From Parachlamydiales bacterium (GTDB taxonomy: Bacteria; Chlamydiota; Chlamydiia; Chlamydiales; Rhabdochlamydiaceae): 64,000 nucleotides of DNA. The notes under the pieces are model-generated. The model was not told where the DNA came from, ran no database searches, and was given only the letters and a program-made list of their open reading frames with translations. The stretch's first letter is position 1, and every line of letters starts with the position of its first letter. The position numbers and the translations under genes are program-made. The stretch is taken from contig JAGVMG010000043.1 in NCBI GenBank assembly GCA_020053915.1, positions 7,184 to 71,183 of the forward strand, given 5' to 3'. This document shows positions 9,165 through 16,934 of the stretch, in pieces.

Positions 9165-9936
9165 GTCAGCAACAGATTTTCGAAAAAGCCTAGAGGCAAG
9201 ACTTCAATTGCTAGCGACTAAAAAAGGAGAAGACTTACAACGTTTGCGTCGCAAGGTTGCCTTTGATCGATTTTTGGCTAGAGTCTTTGCTCAAGAAAAA
9301 CCGGAGTTTTACCTTAAAGGCGGCTATGCAATGGAATTACGCATCGCTGCTGCACGGGCAACAAAAGACATCGACCTAACATGCATTCGCCGTGCTAGAG
9401 CTCCAGATCAGATTTTAAGTCACATGATCTTAAAGGATTTGCAATCTTTTACACGTATCGATCTTAATGACCATTTTGTCTATCAAGTTGGAGCAGCACA
9501 AATGGATCTTGAAAATGCTCCCTATGGAGGTGCTAGATATCCTGTTTCCAGTTTAATTGATGGCAAGGTCTTTGTTCGATTTCAATTAGATGTCGGCGCC
9601 GACTTTTTGCTAGATCAGGTTGAAACCATTCAGGGAGAGAGCTGGCTGGCATTTTGCGGAATTGCAGCCCCAATCATCCCGATGATCTCGATCGAGCAAC
9701 AATTTGCTGAAAAGTTTCATGCTTACACCTTTCCACGTGCTGATAGGGTTAATACTCGTGTAAAAGATCTGGTCGATATGCTGCTTCTTTTAAAAATGAG
9801 AGCTCCTAAGGTTCAAGTTATGATTCAAACAGTGAAAAACGTTTTTGAAAGACGTGGATCTCACTTTATTCCGCAAAAATTAGAACCCCCGCCAGAGGAA
9901 TGGCAAACTCAATTTCTCATACTCGCAACCGAATGA
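9148..9936 (+). CDS. AbiEii/AbiGii family nucleotidyltransferase toxin
   Basis: 262 aa. FRKSLEARL...LRRKVAFDRFLARVF...YLKGGYAMELR...TKDIDL is the typical N-terminal NTase pattern of this family. Confidence 0.75.
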   Translation: MDTKFKSATDFRKSLEARLQLLATKKGEDLQRLRRKVAFDRFLARVFAQEKPEFYLKGGYAMELRIAAARATKDIDLTCIRRARAPDQILSHMILKDLQSFTRIDLNDHFVYQVGAAQMDLENAPYGGARYPVSSLIDGKVFVRFQLDVGADFLLDQVETIQGESWLAFCGIAAPIIPMISIEQQFAEKFHAYTFPRADRVNTRVKDLVDMLLLLKMRAPKVQVMIQTVKNVFERRGSHFIPQKLEPPPEEWQTQFLILATE

Positions 9937-10007
9937 GGTCTTTCCCAGGATATGCAAATGAGTTTCGAACAAATTTCAGAATTCTATTCCAACCTTCAAA
10001 CATCGTC

Positions 10008-11792
10008 TTAGATTAGCGGTTGGTCGGGGAGGAAGCCGCCGGCTTGCATTTGCCACATGCGGGCGTAGTGGCCGTTTTGGGAGAGGAGGTTTTGGTGGGT
10101 GCCTTCTTCGACGATTTTTCCTTGGTCGAAGACGAGGATCCGATCCATTTTGGAGAGGGTGGAGAGGCGGTGGGCGATGACAATGGTGGTTCGATTCTGC
10201 ATGAGTTTTTCTAAACTGTCTTGGATGTAATTTTCTGTAACAGAATCGAGAGCGGATGTGGCTTCGTCGAGGATGAGGATGGGAGATGCTGTTAGCATGG
10301 CACGAGCGATGGCGATTCTTTGTCTTTCTCCGCCGGAGAGTTTTGTGCCGCGTTCTCCAACGAGGGAGTCGTAGCCTGCGGGGCATTTTTTGATGAATTC
10401 ATCGCAGTGAGCGAGTTTTGCGGCTTGGATGATTTCGTTGTCAGTGACGTCGGGGCGTCCGTATTTGATATTGTCTTTGAGGGTGCGATGGAAGAGGATG
10501 GGATCTTGCGGGATGAGGGCGAGCTGTGTGCGCAGGGATGCGAGGGTAGTTTGGGCGATGTCTTGTCCATCGATGAGGATCTTTCCTTTTTCGAGGGAGT
10601 GAAAGCGGAGGATGAGGTTAACGAAGGTGGATTTTCCAGCGCCGGAGTAGCCGACAAGGCCAACTTTTTCGCCTCCTTTGATCTGGACGTTTTTGTTTTC
10701 GAAAAGGTTTTTTGCGCCGTAGCGGAAGGAGACATTTTCAAAGAGGATTTCCCCTTTTGAGAGAATGAGGGGTTTTGCATCGGGGAGATCAAGGATGTCT
10801 TGGGGGTCTTGCATGACGGTGAGGGCTTGTGTGGCAAGACCGACCGATTTAAAAAATTGGGGGATTTGTTCTCCAGAAAACCAGATGGAAAAAACAACGT
10901 ACCAGGTGGTGTTGAAGATTTGAATCACCTCGCCGGTCGAGATTTTATTTTGTAGCCAATAGAGGATCATGAATCCGTTGATGGCGATGATGCCGATGAG
11001 GAAGGCGACGGAGAGGAAGGTGAACATCAGCGCGATGATGTACTGGGCATGGCCGTTTTTTTGTTGTTCTTCTTTTTGATAGGGAACAAGCCGTTGTTTT
11101 TCAAACTGAAAGCGGAAGAAGAGATTAACGGCAAAGTTGTTGGTGAGGCTGTCGACGAGTTTTCCTGCTAATGTGCTTCTGGCTTCTCCATGGGCGTTCG
11201 AGTACTGGATGCATTTGGGTGTGAAGGCAAAGCAGAGGGAGAAATGGAAGACAATCATTGCAGCAAGAAGAAGTGCGAACAGGGTGTTCACTTGAAAAAA
11301 GAAAATGACGGCGAGAATACAGGTGACAAAAGCGGGTAGGAACATCAAAAGGTTTTGAATCATGGACGTGACTTGCGTTGTCATGTCGCTGATTTTATTG
11401 GCTAAGTCGCCGGCAAAATGTTCGTTGAAGTACTTGGGGGAATGGGCTTGGATGTGATCAAACATGGCCATCCGTATGTCGGCTTCTAGCTTTGGAAAGG
11501 CTTTCGCCTGGATAAAACTTCTGGTTCGAAATCCTGCTTCAACAAAGACCCATAAAGAGACTCCAGCGACGAGCAGCCATTTTAATGCAGGTAGAGCGCT
11601 TTCTCGATGGGTGTCGTATTGGGTGAAGACATCCACAATGCGTCGGAGTATGTACGGCCAGATCGTGGCGTCGCACGACCAGGTCAGTGTAAGCAAGAAC
11701 ATAAAGAAAAACTTCCAACGCTGAAGTTTGGCGTATTTCCAGATGAACTGGATCAGGAGTTTTGTTTGCATGAGCTTTGTGGAGTTGCGCAA
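10008..11792 (-). CDS. ABC transporter, fused permease/ATPase (MsbA-like exporter)
   Basis: Six hydrophobic segments, then Walker A GYSGAGKST, signature LSGGERQR and Walker B ILILDEATS. Confidence 0.9.
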   Translation of the reverse strand: MRNSTKLMQTKLLIQFIWKYAKLQRWKFFFMFLLTLTWSCDATIWPYILRRIVDVFTQYDTHRESALPALKWLLVAGVSLWVFVEAGFRTRSFIQAKAFPKLEADIRMAMFDHIQAHSPKYFNEHFAGDLANKISDMTTQVTSMIQNLLMFLPAFVTCILAVIFFFQVNTLFALLLAAMIVFHFSLCFAFTPKCIQYSNAHGEARSTLAGKLVDSLTNNFAVNLFFRFQFEKQRLVPYQKEEQQKNGHAQYIIALMFTFLSVAFLIGIIAINGFMILYWLQNKISTGEVIQIFNTTWYVVFSIWFSGEQIPQFFKSVGLATQALTVMQDPQDILDLPDAKPLILSKGEILFENVSFRYGAKNLFENKNVQIKGGEKVGLVGYSGAGKSTFVNLILRFHSLEKGKILIDGQDIAQTTLASLRTQLALIPQDPILFHRTLKDNIKYGRPDVTDNEIIQAAKLAHCDEFIKKCPAGYDSLVGERGTKLSGGERQRIAIARAMLTASPILILDEATSALDSVTENYIQDSLEKLMQNRTTIVIAHRLSTLSKMDRILVFDQGKIVEEGTHQNLLSQNGHYARMWQMQAGGFLPDQPLI

Positions 11793-11860
11793 TATTCAGG
11801 TGGTTTTTTTGATACCTGAATAGTGTGTCAGTTGCGGTGTTTTTTTGCTATGACACTTTC

Positions 11861-12862
11861 TCATTCTTGAGCGATGACAAAAGTGCATGTTGCCAAAGTG
11901 TGTTTTTCTATAGAACCGTCGTTGAGTTTTTTGATAACGCAGATATCCCCGGTTCTCCAGGTGCTGTTATATCTGGAAGGTCTATCTCCAACAGGGACAA
12001 TAAGGATTCCGCCGGGCGCCAGTTGCTCGACCAATGCTTGGGGGATTTCTTTGCACATAAAGCCGACGTTGATGATGTTATAGGGGGCGTTTTTTGTGCA
12101 GCCGTCTAGCCCATTTCCACGAAGGAAAGTCATCTTATTTTTAAGATCTTCTGACAAACTGTCTATGTTATCTTGAGATTGGTCGACGAGCTGTTGAAAC
12201 CACTCGATCCCTGTGACAGATGCGTTGGGCGCTAGCTGGGCAAATAAAGCGGTGAGATGACCGCTGCCGGAGCCGACATCTAGAATTGCTGTGGCATTTT
12301 CAAGCCAGTCGCTGCAAAGCTCTAGCATTAGGATATGGATGTGGGGTGATGAAATGATCATCCCAGATCCGATGTCACAAGGGCCGTCCCAATAGGGGTT
12401 TTCCGGGCAGAATAGTTCCCGTTTTACTGTGCGGAATGCCTCTTCAATGCGTTCTGTTTTTAGGATGGCATTTGTTTTAAGGGCGTCGATGAGATCTCTT
12501 AAGCTGGCATGTTTCCCACAGGTTGTGGGTTTTAGTTCGCTGATAGAAAGCCGATATTCGGGCCACTCAAATGATGCGTCCGTATCGAAAATGCGCACGA
12601 GAGCTTCGTCTTTTTCGAGCTTGAGAACTTCTCCACAATAGGTCTTTCCGTCCAGAGAGACTTGGCACCAGCCAGAGACTCTGGGAAACTCACTGCGCAT
12701 TTCAAGCTGTTGTTCTACAGAAGGAGGTGGGGTTTCATCCATTTGGAGGATAACTTGAGTGTTCCCCGGAATTAAAATGAAAACTAAGTAAAGGACGAAA
12801 AATGGAATGTATTTTAGCATAAGCGATAATAGTATCAATTTCCTGAGATTTTGAAAATGCAA
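11861..12862 (-). CDS. pcm: protein-L-isoaspartate O-methyltransferase with N-terminal TM segment and an extra ~100-aa domain
   Basis: ISSPHIHILMLE...ILDVGSGSGHLTALFAQL...GGILIVPVG. N-terminal hydrophobic LILLSLMLKYIPFFVLYLVFILI. Confidence 0.8.
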   Translation of the reverse strand: MHFQNLRKLILLSLMLKYIPFFVLYLVFILIPGNTQVILQMDETPPPSVEQQLEMRSEFPRVSGWCQVSLDGKTYCGEVLKLEKDEALVRIFDTDASFEWPEYRLSISELKPTTCGKHASLRDLIDALKTNAILKTERIEEAFRTVKRELFCPENPYWDGPCDIGSGMIISSPHIHILMLELCSDWLENATAILDVGSGSGHLTALFAQLAPNASVTGIEWFQQLVDQSQDNIDSLSEDLKNKMTFLRGNGLDGCTKNAPYNIINVGFMCKEIPQALVEQLAPGGILIVPVGDRPSRYNSTWRTGDICVIKKLNDGSIEKHTLATCTFVIAQE

Positions 12863-12896
12863 TAGAATTGTTTAAGAATGGTGTTTGGATAGATTG

Positions 12897-13433
12897 CTAT
12901 GACAGTTTTTTTCCAATCCATCTGTTGTTTTCTGTTTTTACGAAATGCACGAGTGTGCAGTTATCGATGATCCAGGAGTGGTCTTGGATGTCGAGGAGCC
13001 AAGAGAGGGCTAAGTGGACGCCTCCGTGAGAGACGATGAGAGCGGGGCCGGGGAGGGTAAGGACGTGTTCGATCCCTTGTTTCACTTGGGCGAGAAAGGC
13101 GGCGGTACTTGTTTCTGTGGGAAAGGGGCATCCTCTGTCGAGTTGAGTTAATGCGCGCCAAATGGGAGCTGTGCATTCGCCTAGAGCGGGGATGATGTGG
13201 TGGTGGGCTTCAAGATCTTTTGTGAGAATTTCCTTGGTCTCAAGTGCGCGCTGGAGAGGACTGCAGCAGATGGTCCGGATGGGGAGCTTTGAGATTGTGG
13301 GAGCGATCCATTCTGCTTGGCGTCTTCCTGTCTCGTTTATGGAGAGGTCGTCGGGATGTTCTCCTTTATATGTCCCTTCTAGAAGGTTGAGTGCTGTTTG
13401 TCCATGGCGGACGAAATAGAATTCTTGACTCAT
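12897..13433 (-). CDS. histidine phosphatase (phosphoglycerate mutase-like) family protein
   Basis: Start ATG 13433 (MSQEFYFVRHGQT, RHG motif), later SHGG. ATGA overlap with the upstream NUDIX stop. Confidence 0.8.
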   Translation of the reverse strand: MSQEFYFVRHGQTALNLLEGTYKGEHPDDLSINETGRRQAEWIAPTISKLPIRTICCSPLQRALETKEILTKDLEAHHHIIPALGECTAPIWRALTQLDRGCPFPTETSTAAFLAQVKQGIEHVLTLPGPALIVSHGGVHLALSWLLDIQDHSWIIDNCTLVHFVKTENNRWIGKKLS

Positions 13434-13882
13434 GAGTTGAAATAGTAGGTGAAGGCCTCTTTGGCGCCGGCCATGAGGGGGAGGTGTTCGAGGTCTTGGA
13501 GACTTGCCCATGTGTAGGCTTGGTGCTCGTTGGAGATGCGGACGTCGGGGAGGTTGTCAATGGGGACGCTGTACATGTGGAAGACAAAGTCTACGGGGGG
13601 CTTGCGCACGTAGAGGGATTTGATGTGATGAATGGGTAGGGATGTAGGCACTGCGATGCCGGTTTCTTCGAAGAGCTCACGTCGTGCAGTGGCTTCAAAT
13701 GTTTCATTGGCTTCTTGTTTCCCCGCAGGAAGACCCCAGGTGCCAGGTTCTAGTTTTCCATGGGCTCTTTGGAGCAGGAGGATTTTTCGATCGATTTCTA
13801 AGAAGCACGCGGAGACGTGAACATGGGGTTCAAATCCTTGAGGTTCTTGTTCATGGACTTCGATGTCTACGCTCATGGGCAT
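13430..13882 (-). CDS. NUDIX hydrolase (paralog of 6680-7138)
   Basis: Nudix box AGKQEANETFEATARRELFEETGI. Collinear by eye with the 152-aa NUDIX at 6680. Confidence 0.85.
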   Translation of the reverse strand: MPMSVDIEVHEQEPQGFEPHVHVSACFLEIDRKILLLQRAHGKLEPGTWGLPAGKQEANETFEATARRELFEETGIAVPTSLPIHHIKSLYVRKPPVDFVFHMYSVPIDNLPDVRISNEHQAYTWASLQDLEHLPLMAGAKEAFTYYFNS

Positions 13883-14059
13883 TCCTTGTGATGTTCATTT
13901 GATTCTAACACAAATATCTTAAAAATGCAATGGTTGCAATCTGTGTGATTTTTTGAATTCGTAAAGAGATATCTTTGTATGTCATATGAATTGTTTGCTT
14001 GTTGCTTATTATTTTTGTTTCGGCGTATTTTTTTTCGGCAACCAAGTAGGAGTTTTTTT

Positions 14060-16762
14060 ATGGCGTCGGGATCAAGTGGTGTGTGTGTATTTTCTCCTTT
14101 TCCTGTGGCCGGGGTATGGGAGGCGGATCGGAGGTGGCTTGTTGAAGTGGATTCGATAATAATGAAGGATGTTTCTCGTTATTTAGATGCAATAGATCCT
14201 GAAAAGGAATTGAGTCCAGAAGAACACCAAAAATATCTCAAAAAGTTCCACAAGTTAAAAACTGTATTGCAGGTGCGTGTTATCCGATGTGAAACCGAAG
14301 GTTCGCATTCTTTTCGCTTAATGGTTTTGGAAAGGCTTCAACATATCACAGCTCGCCATAAAGAGATGAAAAAAAAGATCCCTCATTTTTCTTATGTGCC
14401 TTCTAAAATGCCACTGGAATCAGACGTGGCTTGTATCAATGAAAATCAAACTACTTATAAAAATTTAGTTAATGATCCTAAAGCTCGTCCCTATTATTTA
14501 CTAAAGGAGTACGCACGTTTAAAAGGTTCTTTGTTGACATTGTATCATTCGTTAGCTGATGCCAATCCTTATCGCGAAGTAGTTAAGAATATGTGGGATG
14601 AGGTTCGAAAGATTCATCGTGCTCTGCCCTTTGTCGAACAGATGAAATTAAGGAAATCGATTCCGGATGTTACTTCTTACGGGATGCTGGTTTATTTTTG
14701 CAAAAACAATAAGATAAAAGGTTATGTTCCAAGAACAATTGAAGGATTAAAATCTCAAGTTGCTAAAATTGCAGCTTATGTTTTTACACATGCAGAAGCT
14801 GTGGAATGTGATTTTATTTATAACTCATCTTTCGAGGAGGCGGCAAGAAAATGGGAGGTTCTTAGGAATTTGTCTGAAGCTCAAGGGTTGTGTTTTTCTA
14901 TGGATGAAGATTCTTCTAAACGTTTGATTCAAAGAGGTTCAAGTTCTCAATTGTGTACAGAAAAGTTTGCTTTGGAAGATGGAGTTCTCAAAGGGAGCCG
15001 CATTTATTTAGATCGCAGAGAGGAGTCGGGAATCTTTGATCCGAAATGGGGGTGTTTGAAACGGGGCTTTAGAAAGGATGTGGCAGGGGATATCGAGTTT
15101 GTCGATCCAGTGGAGATCTTTCGTTGGGATTTTGATCGTGAAGGGTCGATGCGTGTGATTGAATTTGGTGATGAGCTTCGTTTGATGGAGCGTTATTTTG
15201 TACAGGGATATGGAAGGCTGAGACTTGCTGAAGGAACGTTAATTGATTTTTTACTGAATGCGAGCTTACGTTCAAGTGGTAACTTTTCGATTAAAGCGGT
15301 TTTGCAGCACCCTTTATTTAAGGCTAAGAAGGAGGAATTCATTTCGAGAGCAATTGGATTAAATGGTTGGGGATCGGTGAGGCTGCTTGATTTCTCTAAC
15401 CAGGGACTTTCGGATTTTCTCGATGAAATCGATGTGCATACAACCAATCCTCTGAAAATTCTTAAGGAGAGGGGCTCTCCTAACTTGATTATTCAAGTGG
15501 CGTATTTTGCTACATCGGAGAATGGGGGCAGGGAAATCATGGGCAAGTTAAGTGCATTATTTCCCGAGGCTTTCCAAGAGCTGGGTCCTGAGGTAATTAC
15601 TTCTGTATTAAGAGGGGGAATCACACATGGATATGATTTGTTGTTATTAAGAGAAGTTGTAGATCAATATGAGGCAAGTGGTAATAGCCTTTCTAGCTTT
15701 CATAGAGCTTGGATTGAAACGGCATTCGGTCAAAGACCGCATTGTGAGGTGACAGCATTTTCCGGAGACGAGCAGGGACTGATCGAGGAAACGGCGTACG
15801 TTGTCGGTAATCCCTACATCCATATTCCTCCGCGCACCAGGGTCACACCTGATCAATACACTGTCAACTTTTTGTGTTTAGAAGAGGAGCTTAAGGCTTC
15901 TGAATCATTCAATCGAATCGCAAGTTGGATTCTAGCCCATCCAGGAACAACAATCCATGTGTGGTATGATGGTGTTTTTCTAGTGCCTGATCTTGTTAAA
16001 AGTGCTCAAGGAAAAGTGTTAGAAAAATTAGGGTTAGAGACTTATGAGAACTTGCTATTTAAGGATGTCCGTGAGTTTGGCATTCTTCAAGAGGCGGACC
16101 AATTGTTTCCTCAGACAATCCCTTTAGCCTCTCGCTTACAACTGATACGCGCTTTAATTGCGGATCAAGTTTTGGAACAATGTAAAAGTGAATATTATGT
16201 GAGTACTACTCTCGATCGACAGCCTCTTTCTTCTCTCGAATTATTCGACCGCAAAACTGTGAGTTTATTAAATACGTGGGGGTTTGTCATTCCTGGACGA
16301 AAAGGGGAGTATGATAAGAGGGATACAAGTTTTCAGATTTGGAAGAGGAAGAAGAAGTTTTTGAATTCCAATTTTGACATTTTCGTTAATGGTTCCGTTA
16401 GGAGATGGCGTCGTCAACTTGAGGAGACAGAACAAACGAATGAATATTTGTTTCAAGCCATGTTAGCTGGTTTGTGTTTCAAACTCAGAATGTATCGAGG
16501 TTGTGATCTGCCTTATTCCGATCGACTCATTCCAGACCACAGTGGTTCGGCAGAAGAGAAAAAAGAACTTTTCGAGAGGTTGAGTGTGAGGAAAAAACTG
16601 AAATATATTACGTCTAATGATTTACCCAGCATAACAAAAACTATCGTTTTAAGACGGAACTTGAAAAACCTAGCTTTAGGCGAATTTTTAAAACAGGAAG
16701 CTCCAAAAAAGGCTTTGCCTGCCATTATGTCTAGCTCGACAGCGTCTTGTTCTAGCACATAG
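14060..16762 (+). CDS. large hypothetical protein, member of a local paralog family (shared N-terminal module)
   Basis: Long ORF. Preferred start is ATG 14060, 7 nt after GGAG (MASGSSGV). The N-terminal ~200 aa resemble those of the 18861 and 24750 genes (YLKKFHKLKTVL motif and others). Confidence 0.7.
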   Translation: MASGSSGVCVFSPFPVAGVWEADRRWLVEVDSIIMKDVSRYLDAIDPEKELSPEEHQKYLKKFHKLKTVLQVRVIRCETEGSHSFRLMVLERLQHITARHKEMKKKIPHFSYVPSKMPLESDVACINENQTTYKNLVNDPKARPYYLLKEYARLKGSLLTLYHSLADANPYREVVKNMWDEVRKIHRALPFVEQMKLRKSIPDVTSYGMLVYFCKNNKIKGYVPRTIEGLKSQVAKIAAYVFTHAEAVECDFIYNSSFEEAARKWEVLRNLSEAQGLCFSMDEDSSKRLIQRGSSSQLCTEKFALEDGVLKGSRIYLDRREESGIFDPKWGCLKRGFRKDVAGDIEFVDPVEIFRWDFDREGSMRVIEFGDELRLMERYFVQGYGRLRLAEGTLIDFLLNASLRSSGNFSIKAVLQHPLFKAKKEEFISRAIGLNGWGSVRLLDFSNQGLSDFLDEIDVHTTNPLKILKERGSPNLIIQVAYFATSENGGREIMGKLSALFPEAFQELGPEVITSVLRGGITHGYDLLLLREVVDQYEASGNSLSSFHRAWIETAFGQRPHCEVTAFSGDEQGLIEETAYVVGNPYIHIPPRTRVTPDQYTVNFLCLEEELKASESFNRIASWILAHPGTTIHVWYDGVFLVPDLVKSAQGKVLEKLGLETYENLLFKDVREFGILQEADQLFPQTIPLASRLQLIRALIADQVLEQCKSEYYVSTTLDRQPLSSLELFDRKTVSLLNTWGFVIPGRKGEYDKRDTSFQIWKRKKKFLNSNFDIFVNGSVRRWRRQLEETEQTNEYLFQAMLAGLCFKLRMYRGCDLPYSDRLIPDHSGSAEEKKELFERLSVRKKLKYITSNDLPSITKTIVLRRNLKNLALGEFLKQEAPKKALPAIMSSSTASCSST

Positions 16763-16917
16763 TTAAGAAAGTTTTTGCTCTTTCGGCTGTGTCAAAGCCC
16801 CGGGGCTAAACGATCGTAAAGTTAGCTGTGTGTCTGCACACAGAGGCCTTTACGATCGCTTAGCCGCGGGAGCTTTCACATCAGCCCAAAGAGCAAAAAC
16901 TTTTTTAACTATGTGCT
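16754..16917. repeat. 164-bp near-perfect inverted repeat (long hairpin) between convergent genes
   Basis: The left arm AGCACATAGTTAAGAAAGTTTTTGCTCTTT... pairs with the right arm ...AAAGAGCAAAAACTTTTTTAACTATGTGCT. Arms are ~80 nt with a few mismatches. The left arm includes the TAG stop of the upstream gene. Confidence 0.85.
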
Positions 16918-16934
16918 AGTAGTTTATAGTCGAC

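Noticed and set aside
9643-9658. Sigma-54 promoter-like sequence TGGCTGGCATTTTGCG (GG-N10-GC) noticed while looking for targets of the NtrC-like activator
   Set aside because: It lies inside the AbiEii coding sequence with no downstream gene start, and it has mismatches at the conserved -24 AC and at -12. It is probably a chance match.
9976-10897. ORFs of 136-201 aa (9976-10386, 10292-10897 minus; 10320-10760 plus) within the ABC exporter gene
   Set aside because: These are alternative-frame or antisense products of the ATPase domain region. They have Arg/Pro- or Ser/Pro-rich compositions and no motifs.
11793-11822. Hairpin TATTCAGGT-N12-ACCTGAATA between the pcm stop and the ABC exporter start
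   Set aside because: The 9-bp stem is real, but no T-tract follows it on the minus (transcribed) strand, so I cannot support it as a terminator. It may be incidental or a regulatory stem.
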